Shown here: positions 1-10,996 of the stretch, in pieces
Position numbering within the stretch: the first letter of the stretch is position 1
Layout: each line of letters opens with the position of its first letter
Assembly (NCBI GenBank): GCA_024704765.1
Contig: JAKMXF010000222.1
Coordinates: forward strand, 1,116,001-1,180,000
Origin: Oopsacas minuta
Lineage: Eukaryota; Animalia; Porifera
DNA: 64,000 bases
Reading direction: 5' to 3'
Position numbers and translations under genes: made by a program
The notes under the pieces: generated by a model
What the model saw: the letters and a program-made list of their open reading frames with translations, nothing else
The model's database searches: none
Told to the model about the DNA's origin: nothing

Positions 1-188
1 AACCGTGTGGAAAATTGGATTTTAATTTATGTTAAATACTAATAAATAAGAATTTCCGAATTAATGCTCCTACCTTCGGATGGAAAATTTACCTTATTAA
101 TCGTTATATCTTTCTAACTATTGCTGTACAAGACTGAATACATGCGCGTAGTAGATTGTTGTCGTTCTCTTATTTACTTTCAAAATAG

Positions 189-1395
189 CAATTTCAAGAA
201 TTTCACAAGAAGATAAATGTCAACACCAGAAGAACCACAGCATACCACCCACAAAGTAACGGACTTGTTGAGTCACACAACAAAATATTGAAAACGTGAG
301 TATTGATGCTAAATATAAATATATATCTATTCAAAGCCTTACATACGTTTAATACACGTCGTTTATAATTAGATAGCTTTGAATTAATTTAACACTTTTA
401 CAAATAGAAAAATCAACAAGATGCAATCTGAAGGGGACACTGAATGGACAGAGAAATTACAGACAGCAGTACTAGCAGCAAATACTCAAACCAAAATATC
501 TACAAGCTACACACCCTTTTATCTCATGTTTGGGAGAGACTTTGATTCATCTAACCTTCTCAATCTTATCACTTCTCCAACTAACCCCGGATTACTAACC
601 GAAGCTGATATCTCAGAGGCAGAAGTATCAGAAGATGAGAATATTCAAATGGATGCAAACGAACCACGCCCATTTGACTTTCCTATAATTGATAACGAAT
701 GGATAGAAAATCTTTCTTCCACACGTAAAGCTGACAGAATGAATGCTATTGAAAACATCAAGGCAGGTCAGAAAGTTCAAAAGAAAACATATGACAGCAA
801 AGTTAAACACAACAGGTAAGAAATAACGAAACACATTCTTGTGTGATGTAACATGTTGGAATTTCATACATCATCTCTTACTAAAATTAAATTAAATTCA
901 CTGACTGTTGTATAATCCGATAAATATGAAATAATCTTGAATCGGAACTAATTTATTGTTTCCTCAATTATATGAATTCTTAAATTCCAAAACACTTACT
1001 TTTAGTTATATAATTAGCATCATTACAAACTGTACGTAATTGGCACATTATTTTCTTTGTATAATCATTGTGTAGACTTTAGATCAGAATTTGTGGAAGG
1101 AGATGAGGTACTTGTACATAATATAAAGAAAGCCAAGCGACTCCCAGGAACAAAAGATGCAAAGAAATATTTGGGACCATATACGATAGAGGAAGTTAAA
1201 CCAAGCGACCTAGTTGCTCGCAAAGACCCAGATAGCAAAACAACAAAATTACCTATCCATCTATCAAGAAAATATCATTCTCGCATGAACGAAAAACGGC
1301 AGGTTCGAACGAAGACAGGCAAATCAAAGAAGCCCAAAAGATCTTGCAAATTCCCTTCTAGCGGTAAATATAATAGCGAGACAATATTGTACTGA
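189..1395 (+). pseudogene. Ginger A integrase exons (rve C-terminal half + GPY/F module)
   Basis: Exons 189-295, 408-815 and 1083-~1362 splice in frame: QFQEFHKKINVNTRRTTAYHPQSNGLVESHNKILKT|KINKMQSEG...KVKHNR|SEFVEGDEVL. Introns 296-407 and 816-1082 have canonical GT/AG. Confidence 0.8.
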
Positions 1396-2000
1396 ACTAT
1401 AACTAATTGACTCAGCCCATGATTAAGTACATATAAACTAGTTGTGTTCTGTATTGATTCGATTAATACGTAATAGCAATCCTACATTTCACATATTTAT
1501 TTATACTTCGATTCTTTGGATGATATATTGAACCTGGATACCATGGAAGAAACTTTGAAACACCGCAACAACACTCAATCTATGAAAATATCGACTCTGA
1601 GCTACTTCAATTGAAACCTCGAATACTATCAGCTCTTGTCAATAACACATACTTAACCCAACTACATGAGAAACTCGCTACAAAAGCTGCATCTCTAACT
1701 TCATTGAATTTACTATATTCTTACCATCCACCCAACGAACTAAATTTTGAGATTAAGGAGAAGCTTGCTGTATCAGCCGGTAAATGGTAAACAGAATATC
1801 GTTCCTCCTATCCTACTGAAATACCTGAAGAGACACGAAGAGATCTTGACTATCCAATTGCTGTTCTATTACCAGTAATAATTGAGTTAATATTCCCAAC
1901 TGAGCAAGTTCATGAGATCATTGAAATACCAGAACAATCTATACAAAATGCATCAGATCTTATCCCATATCCTAAATGGGGAGGAGAGTATAACAACATC

Positions 2001-2767
2001 GTGCAATCTAACACCTGTTCTATCGACAATATATTGGCTATTCTTAGTTCGAATAAAGCAACCATCCTAGACTCACTGAAGTTAATCGGAAGTACACATA
2101 TTGAAGCTAAATTCCACTACATATTCCAATTGGCTGCTAATTGTGAATTTGAGAAACTTCGAGAATATGTTGCTACTAAAATGGGCTTGAAGTTATTTAT
2201 GATTCTTCAGGATTGATACGGTCTTACGATTTCTTTGGATCAGAGGGTAACATCATCAAATATTGACGAATAGAAGATTTGTGTAACGACAAATATTTCA
2301 CTATCTTCCAATGCCACCAATGCACCAATATCTTTGAGACACAATCCATGATTAGTAATATAGGAGGCGTTATTACAAACCTGGAATCATCTGTTAATCG
2401 AAGTCTTGTTCCTATTAAATGCAAGTCTTGTGAATCAACTACTGCTGTCTTAGAGAGGATATCTGGTCAATTGAAGTCAATACCTGTCATGCTAACAATT
2501 GAAATCGGACATCTACCCGAATTGCCAGACATTTTTGCAAGTGATATTGACAAACATTTTACCATCAGTCACAACCAACGGACACTTCACTACCAACTTG
2601 CTGGCTTTAGCATATTGAGCAATAGACACTTCTATTCAATCCTTTACCAAAACGGGCAATTCTATAAATATGACGGAATGAGAGAACCAATTATCCAACT
2701 TTGGGACTGTGACACTTTCATCGGATCACTCAATACTGTATCCTACCTCTTGCACTCTTCTGACTAA
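2001..2767 (+). pseudogene. USP/peptidase C19-like cysteine protease domain at the C-terminus of the Ginger A ORF (frameshifted)
   Basis: Cys-box-like QSNTCSIDNILAIL, two CxxC pairs (CHQC, CKSC) and His-box-like YQLAGF...RHFYSILYQNGQFYKYDGM. The frame is open upstream from ~1590 apart from one stop near 1789. Frameshift and stop at ~2190-2270. Confidence 0.55.
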
Positions 2768-3946
2768 TTCTTAGCGATTCACGACTCTTTTCCATCATTC
2801 GAAAGCGCTCAAAGGCAAGGTACATCGAACTTTGTGGGGACCTCTGCCCGAGGTTATTCAGGCAACGCAATCCCTATCATGGTGAGTCCTGATAATGGAA
2901 ACGCGACCTGCAACAGCACATCCCCAGTGGCGAATATCATCACTCTACCATCTAAGTATATTGCGAGAAAGGCAGCGCAACTGACGAGTCTACGCCGAGA
3001 CGAATACACCATGGAATCAGATACAAGCGAGTTTCTTATCTATTTTTATTTTTTAATGTCTCCTTGTCTGTGGCCGTTCGGGCCCGTTAGCTCCTCGTGT
3101 GTCTGTTGAATTACGATTTATTGTACGTATTCGTTTATGTTGCAGCTTAGAGTCAAATTTAGTGTGATCGCAATCACATTAAACTTGCTCCAACACTGCA
3201 CACATAAACAAGGTGAGGTTAACGTTAAACGTTTAGCGTTAGGGGGTGGCTGTAGGGGGAAGGAGGAGGCCACCGCAGCTGACTTGTTTTGTTTATAGAA
3301 ATCTAGTGTTTTCCAGGAGTATGCAGCGTGCCAGAGGCTCGCGGTTTTCACCTCAACTCTATATGTGTATCAACATTTTACCAAGACTCCCTTAACAAAT
3401 GCATAGTCTACGCTTGTCCACTAGATGAACATATTTTAGTGGTTATTCCTTAAAGCTTGTCAGGAAGTATAGAGAAATGGGCAAAGATGAAATCGCCTAC
3501 AATTCATACTTAAGATATTCCGAATATTCATTATCATGCTAATGCTTGTAATATTTTTATTATTTGATAGAATATATTGCAATATATAGATTGACATGTT
3601 AAATTATATTATTTATTATGAGTTATTAAATACAATTATCAAATACCTACCACCTTCTGTCCAAGTAATATTATTATAAAATATTTATATACACCTGTCT
3701 ATATTTGGCATTTTGGATAATTATACATATTGTACATTTGTTATATGTAGTGGGAACATAGTTTACATGTTATCAAACAAATTCACTACTTTCTAGAATC
3801 CAACTCTAAATTGACTTGTTTATTCAGTTACGTATACGTATGGCAAGTCTAAAGTTGAATTACATTATGTATATTTAGTGGTAATTATGTATTGAAAGTG
3901 TATGGAAATCGAAAAAGTCAAATGACAGAGAAGTAAGATTACTTTA

Positions 3947-4256
3947 GGGTCAAAATCCTACGACAATAATACATTATATGCGGGTCAAAATCCTACGACA
4001 ATAATACATTATATGCGGGTCAAAATCCTACAACAATAATATATTATATGTGGGTCAGAATCCTATGACAATAATACATTATATGCGGGTCAAAATCCTA
4101 CGACAATAATATATTATATGCGGGTCAGAATCCTACGACAATAATACATTTTGATGCGGGTCAAAATCCTACGCATATATTACATCGTAGGATTTTGACC
4201 CGCACCATGGATATGCTATTAGGATTTTGTATTGCGGGTCAAAATCCTACGCAACA
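3947..4256. repeat. 35-bp tandem array plus inverted copies (subterminal repeats of Ginger A)
   Basis: Unit GGGTCAAAATCCTACGACAATAATACATTATATGC starts at about 3947, 3982, 4017, 4052, 4087, 4122 and 4158. Inverted core CGTAGGATTTTGACCCGC at ~4187-4204. Confidence 0.9.
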
Positions 4257-4419
4257 GGCCTTAATGTACTTAATTTGCATGAGATATTGCAATTTTGATT
4301 TTGTTTCCTATTCTACATATTGGAAATGTCCATTGCAAACCCTCCCTCTTGAATTGTTACTTCTTAGGGTAATATTTATCAATCACTTGTTCCTATCTTA
4401 TACCATTGTTGTAATTGAA

Positions 4420-5002
4420 AAGTGTGATATTTTGATACTAGTGCGATCATTGACATTAGTATGGTGCGATCGTGGTCGTGCCGCATCGCTGTTTGTTTTA
4501 ACCATCGGAGGACGCTCGCCTTTCATTTTATATGCAGTGATCGAGTGTAAGATGGTGATCATATTTTCGATCTTTTTAGGCATACAGAATTTGAAAATTT
4601 GCGAATCTAGGCATCAAAATGTATATACAAATGTATGTATTAATTTTCATTGCAATCTGACTGTTAAATTTCGCATGGTCGCCAGGACTGAAGAGATGCA
4701 GTGGTAATAGGCCATCTCCTATATGAGGTGCTTATAAATTTCAGATATGTGATCGGTGAAATGATCGTTATCCTTTTAGCGTAAAGTTCGGAATTACCTT
4801 CTCAGATCATTTACTATTGCATTGGTTCTCAACCTTTTTTCTTTCGCGGACCTCTTTGGTCCATTTTATGGGGTCCCCGGACCCCTGCCTATAAACAACG
4901 AAAACTTTCTAGGGTTGCGGACCCCAGGTTGAGAACCACTGCTCTATTGCACGATCGGCATCGTGATCGCGATCATTAATTTGGTGTTTGACTATTGCCC
5001 TA
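4420..5002. mobile_element. GATC-rich hAT-like terminal remnant
   Basis: Many GATCG motifs, ending in ATTGCCCTA (reverse complement TAGGGCAAT), similar to the TAGGGCATT terminus at 6217. The other end was not found. Confidence 0.35.
4820..4941. mobile_element. hAT (Charlie/Buster-like) MITE
   Basis: TIRs CATTGGTTCTCAAC / GTTGAGAACCACTG. Flanks TACTATTG and CTCTATTG form a degenerate 8-bp TSD (6/8). Confidence 0.75.
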
Positions 5003-5477
5003 ATAGGGACGCTCGTTGATAGATTCCAAACCAATCAATATCTTATTGATTTGAAAGCTTCTTCAGTAAGTAATTCGGATGCGTAGAATACGAATCCCAA
5101 ATCTAAATTACCATATCTAATACAATGTGAATACAGTACTGCATTTTATTGGATCAAGTATAATAGTATGGCATTTTTGAGTGTACGCATACTTTTGGTG
5201 GGAGATTGTTGTTAAATGTATTTATACTTTACAGTACCCGGTTGAAAATTTGCCACCAAAAATTGGCCAATCAAATTTGACTATTCTTGCGTGCATTAAT
5301 ACCTATGATAAACGAATTCAATGCACTGTCATTACCTTAGTGTATTGAATGCTATGGTTAAGTATATCAAGAGTAAAGTTAAACGATTTAGCCATCAAAT
5401 ATAATTGAAGAGCAGTGTTATTCCCTCGACAAGTTTCCCTTATCCTTTTACAAAATGTAACGGCCTTTATAGTTGCC

Positions 5478-5489
5478 GTTACGAGTAAC
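5478..5489. promoter_or_regulatory. Possible RFX X-box upstream of the ciliary gene
   Basis: Palindrome GTTACGAGTAAC ~120 bp upstream of the DRC3-like ATG. Resembles GTNRCC-RGYAAC with one mismatch. Confidence 0.25.
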
Positions 5490-5610
5490 TGTATTCATAT
5501 ATCACTGCTCAACTAGCAATATTTGGTGTTTAACACTTTCAAAAAATTGAATTAGCCTTTACATAATAATATTGTTCCATTAATAATATTGATTCACTCG
5601 TCTCTCATAT

Positions 5611-6003
5611 ATGGCTATCCTATTTGATCCTCATGAAAGAACAGTTATTGACGATGCACTTTTGAAACAGTCAATTATTCAAGAAGAGTCTAAATCAAGT
5701 CATAATTTCTCATTTGATCCTGAAATAGAGTATAATTCTGTCACTCACATGAGGTTGGAATTCAAAAATATTTTGATAATTCAAAATTTAGATCATTTTC
5801 TTAAACTTACTAAATTGCAATTATGTAATAATATTATTGAATCAATTGATGGTCTTCAGTCCTTAATCGAACTGAAATGGCTCGATCTTTCTTTTAATCA
5901 AATTCATCGAATGGAAGGTCTTGGTCATCTTGTGAAGCTTCAAGATCTTTGCCTAACACACAACAAAATTGAGGTGATTCATTGTCTAGTAAACTTAAGG
6001 ACT
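5611..6003 (+). CDS. DRC3: 5' portion of dynein regulatory complex subunit 3 (LRRC48)-like LRR protein; partial
   Basis: ERTVIDDALLKQSI...MRLEFKNILIIQNLDHFLKLTKLQLCNNIIESIDGLQSLIELKWLDLSFNQIHRMEGLGHLVKLQDLCLTHNKI closely parallels the DRC3 N-terminus as I recall it (LQLDNNIIEKIEGL..LVWLDLSFNNI). The LRR register is lost after ...LVNLRT (~6003). Confidence 0.75.
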
Positions 6004-6216
6004 GACAGTAGCTTGCAAATAAGTGAGCAGGGATGCGGTATTTACTTTTTAAACAGTTATATACATCGTCTCTATTTTTCCACAAAAATTTATAAAATTT
6101 GTACGATAATGTTTTCACGTTCCCGAGTTACAATGTCACATTTTCATTAAATCCGCTTGCCACTCAATTTTCGATAATTATCGTCAAATAAGCATGATCA
6201 ATTTATAGTAAATTCC

Positions 6217-6485
6217 TAGGGCATTAGGATCTTACGATCAAAGATCGTATTATCCGGATCGAGATTTCTTTTGAAGATCGGAAAGGGATCGTCGATCCTT
6301 TTCAAGAAGTAGGTTCGGGATCGGGTTCGGATCGATAATATTCTGAAAAGACCCCGATCCTTCCAAATATCTAGATACAATTAATAGTGCTATATTCTTA
6401 ATTATGACTGACTAATGAGCACAAGTTGTTACTAATTCGAGACCTTGAATTCAATCCTTGTATTTTATAATAGCTCAATGAGCCA
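6217..6485 (-). mobile_element. hAT 3'-terminal fragment (same family as 22688-22960)
   Basis: Starts TAGGGCATTAGGATC, is GATC-rich and aligns by eye with 22688-22960. Confidence 0.6.
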
Positions 6486-6899
6486 CCCTCTAAATGGAAT
6501 ATTAGAATAATATCGCACAGTAGAATCCTGTTTTCATACTTTAAGTTGTTTTAACCATATCCTACTATACATCAGGCCTCACTGTAACAATTGAATTATG
6601 GACCAGGGATACAATCCCCTATCTACTGTGTAAATGGTGATTTTTCTTTTTACTGCCAAATATGGTCAAACCTAGTCTACCGAACATAAGACTACATATC
6701 ATTAAGAGAAATTGATACCATGGATGCAATTATGGATGGATTTTCCATCATCATATTGCCCAATATAATTCGTCAGGAATGTAGCAATTAGTTTTTGATT
6801 GTTAATAAAGTATATAGAAACTGCCAGAAAAATTGCAATTGGGCCAAATTACAAGTACAAATAGATGAAAAAGAAAACTACTTATAAAAACTGTCTAAA

Positions 6900-8420
6900 T
6901 ATAGGATCTGTTAGCTTTTCTGCCAATAAAGTAGTAAGAAGTAAATTATTTCAACTTCGTTTCTCTAATCCTTTCGAAACACTTTAGAATTGTAATTTTT
7001 CCCTTTATTCGCTATTAAACAATCGCTTCAGTGAATATAAGTTTACGAAGAATAGATAACCTATTTACCTTGCAAGAGGGCATTGTTCTCTCCAGCATAT
7101 ATCATCTACAGAACACAGAAGATCCAATAGAATCGGCCTAGATGATCCTTCAACGAATATCCTCATCAATTTGCATTTCCTTCGGTAACAGTGAAAATCT
7201 TCCAAACAGTGATTATGGAATCCAAGACAAGTTCAGAGGGATTTTCAGACCTCCACGATCAGTAAGATCAAGTAGTCTACACTGATATCTGGTTGTTTCA
7301 TGAATTCGGAAATCCTTTTCAATTATTAGTAATTCTTAACATGAGTGACATGGTGGACTTCGTTTCAGGTATTGATGTGTAGCATATAAGGCAATATAAG
7401 CTAATGATTGAATTGTTTGGATATCACACTCAATGCTGGACAGATCAGAAATGGTATTAAGAAAATGGTCAAGATCAATATCAGTATCCGAGAATAGCTT
7501 CTCTTCGGGTGAAAAGGACTTGTAAATACTTCTAATGAATTATTACATGGTTCGGGCAGATAGGAAATTGATTTAGGTTATTTGATATTTTCAGACGACG
7601 TTCAGCTTCTAATAATTGAAGATAAGAAATATGGTAGTTGGCACCTGACATCATGCGATAAAATCCGAATCGATGCTCTAATGGGTCAGTTTGAATGAAA
7701 GAAGTTAGAAAGTATGAATATCCACAAGTTTCTGTTAGATAGTTGGTTAGTTGCTGTAAAACAATGCAAACATGTCTTAAGCTTTTGAAAGTTTGTTTGG
7801 GTGAATTCCTGTCTTTCCCAGGAAGAGATTCACAAGCATCTAACCAATTAACTATACGATCTAAGAAGGAGAAGCAATAGTCCCATTAAAACCGAATGGT
7901 TAAGCGGGTGGAGCATTTAAATGAACATGCTTGTAGAGAACATTTACATTGAACATTTTCCATAGAGAAGAGATAATTCTGAGAAAATCTGAAGTATTAG
8001 ATTTATTAGTCACACAACGTTGGTCATTTTGAACAATTAGAGCCGGTATTGTAGATTCATGTATGACTTTTAAAACTAGTTTCGCATTCTGACGCTCTAA
8101 ACTATAGGGAAAACATGCTTTAATGTTAACCGCGGAACTAGTTTTCCAAACGTTCTTTCTCAGTACGATATATGATGCGGACATACCGGAAAGAAACTGA
8201 GCACATTCTCAAAGGGTAGGAACAATAATCTACTTCGCCATCTTTCAGCTTTGGGATAACTCGAGGGATTTCACTAAATGTTCCATCTCCATTTGGAACT
8301 TTGTGATTGTATTCTACATCCTCTCCGTGAAAACATTTAACACAAACATCAATTCATCTAAGTTATCCTTCCCGAAGATCCGTAATCCAAGAATGTTTTA
8401 ACTAAACGAAGATTTGTGTA
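6900..8420 (-). pseudogene. P-element/THAP9-like transposase remnant
   Basis: THAP-like segment (VCVKCFHGEDV...PKLKDG, ~8230-8400), LERQNAKLVLKVIHEST, and SFIQTDPLEHRFGFYRMMSGANYHIS. Many stops, and the centre appears deleted. Termini not resolved. Confidence 0.7.
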
Positions 8421-9183
8421 CATTTTGGCTTTTACTAAAAACTTATGCGAATCTTCATAATTATACTTGCAGAGGTGTAGAGCACAGCCACTACTCCTAA
8501 AAATTTGTATGTTTTGTGTTTTGTTTTTCTTTTTATTGTTTTCCCTCTTTTAACTCAAATCTTTTTACTTGTATTCAGCGCCTCTAATGGCAGCTCTGTT
8601 GCATAGATTAGTGAGGCACGTAGAATATTGAGGCACTATATACATAGACCATGGATGAATATCTACTGTAGAATATTGAGGTACGGTAACAGAGGGAGAA
8701 ACTATATACAGGATATGTAATTGTCATCATGCAGTTTTCTTTTATTAATAGTATTTCCGTATTTCAATCATGACTTGAAAATATACTTGTTTTTGACAAC
8801 ACATATGTGTACAGTGAAACCTCATTAATTATTATTACAGACACGGTCAATACGAATCTCCTGGTTAAGCAAGCAAGTAATTTTCCAAAATTTGGGTCTT
8901 TTAATACTTTCCAACTGATTTCACAATGGTTGATACCAACTTTGGATAAGATAAACGAATTTTGATGGTTTCTGACGTTCACATTAGTGAAGGTTATACT
9001 GTAAAGAACAAAATTTAATTTGTTATTACACGGTTAGAATACAATCTTGCAATTTATGATACTATTCTACTAACACATAAAAACTTGATACTAGCACAAA
9101 TAATGACTAATGGTATTTTCTTCATTCTTGTATATTTGTTGATTCTTCTGAAGTTTCGCCATTAGTAGGTGTGGAACTCTTAA

Positions 9184-9741
9184 TCATAGAAGTGACTGGC
9201 TCATAATGATTACAATAATTACAAATGTAAAGTGCGGTTGTTGGTTTCTTAGAGCCTCTGAGCAAGCTCCAGTGAACTTCCCGAGTTGAGTTGCCTTGAT
9301 TTCCACATCGCTACCCCAAGTTCCTTCTTGAGACACAAGATGTTCATTCATGAAGTATTTACAAGGATTAGTTAATTTCTGTTTAAAATACCAACCAATT
9401 CTAGTTACTCTCTCACTGGCGATAAAGTGTGCAATATTAGAGCGAATTTCTAAGTGACTTGTCTGGTCACCAGTTAATATTTTAGAAATACACCGGAAAA
9501 GACAGTTCCCATCACCGACTATTCTTTCAGTTTCCCATGGTGTATATTTACTGAGTGACAGTCTAGCTAGGTTTTGTGGTTGCTTGATGGTGGATATAAA
9601 CACCAGTGCCAGAAACTTGCATTGATCACGAAGCCATTCTTCATTGACCACAGATATGATTGGACTTGAACCAGATAAAGGGATATAGGTAGAGATGTTT
9701 TCTGGGAATGTTTGCCACAACATCAAATTTAAGTACTCCAT
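9184..9741 (-). pseudogene. OTU-family cysteine protease domain of Ginger B
   Basis: IVGDGNCLFRCISKILTG...GTWGSDVEI. His motif CNHYEPV lies in an adjacent frame near 9200, indicating a frameshift. Confidence 0.8.
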
Positions 9742-10996
9742 TGCCTAAACAGATTATCATTATAATTATTTCAATATGAATGTATATACTCTATGCTAAA
9801 TGTAAATTTGGGTCAACTTACTTGAAAGAACACCACTTTGTGTGTGTATTTGGCTGCTTGGGTGTTTGTAAAATGAGGATGTAACTCTGTCGTCCAATTG
9901 AGTAAAGTGTCAGTAATATCTCTCTTCTATAATTCAATAAAATCATTAATTTTGATTCCACTCTATTGGGAATACTATACATATTTCATGATTGAAAGTA
10001 TTCAAAAAATAAAATAGTATTGGGATCGCTGTATTGGAATAAGACAATCATATGTATATTTCTTCACTAACTATGTATCAAACTTCTCTTGTTGCTGAAT
10101 ACTAATGAATTCATATACAGAATGTTCAAGAGAAAGAACTACAATGTGTGTATGTCATCGTTACATCATTTATTATGCCTATTTCACTAACAATAGATTT
10201 GAGCGAACACAATAACTTCGTGTAATTATACAAATACCAAGAAATCAAACTTACTATTTCGTATTCTTTGCAATCGAGTAGGAATTCAAACAAGAGAGTA
10301 TTGCAGGTATAGGTGTGGAATACGTTGAGATTTTTATGAAGTTCCTCATGCAGTGGTGTCATGTAGGTGTGTCGCCCAATATTTTGTTTCAAAACTATCT
10401 AAAGTTAGATTAGAAATGGGTAAAATATATTCAAACACAAGTCAGATGGAGGCAATACAAGTGATAGAACAAATACCTGGCCGTATCTGCCAGGCCAGAT
10501 TAAACTCTTGATTTTTTTCATATTTCATACTAAACCTATTCGGAATTTTTTAATTATTTAGTGAGGATCTACTGAATACAAATGTACAAACCTTGAAATT
10601 ATTGAGGTGGTGAAGTATTCTTTCTCTAGAAAATCCATAAAGTTTTCGTTGCAACATCTAAAGTATGTAAGTAATTGTGATATTTTCAGGATTTATACAA
10701 TAAACTCGTATACCTTGGAAGGAATGTGATTAATTTCCATTGGGTTAGCTAGTCTGAGGGATTTTGGTTTTCGTTCTGTATACAAACGAACGAGGTGAAT
10801 TGGTATGTTTTTGTTTTTCTTAGCTCCTGAGATATTTTCACAAATAGTAATGTGGCTCTCAGTGACTTTACAGACTGTATGAGGCCCAAAAAATTTTGGT
10901 TTATTTTTGTGTTTGCAACCGTTTTAATTTATTTATATGTGTGTTAATGATCCTATCACCTATCTTTATTGAAGACCTAAATTTAATGGGTTAGAT

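Larger units (their letters stand above)
1..4256 (+). mobile_element. Ginger-type DNA transposon A (left end outside window)
   Basis: Spliced Gypsy-like integrase (TTAYHPQSNGLVESHN, YTPFYLMFGR, GPY module LGPYTIEEV) with GT-AG introns. Putative right terminus ...CCTACGCAACA at 4256 reads TGTTGCGTAG on the minus strand, nearly identical to the TGTTGCATAG terminus of Ginger B. The right boundary is inferred because the left TIR and TSD are not visible. Confidence 0.72.

Noticed and set aside
2834-3351. ORFs 2834-3109 (+) and 3118-3351 (-)
   Set aside because: No recognisable motifs; short ORFs in the Ginger A 3' region, likely chance.
3947-4175. 35-bp direct repeats as a CRISPR array
   Set aside because: Units are contiguous with no unique spacers, the context is eukaryotic, and no cas genes are present.
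4195-4707. 170-aa ORF
   Set aside because: Starts in the repeat array, low-information composition, no domain.
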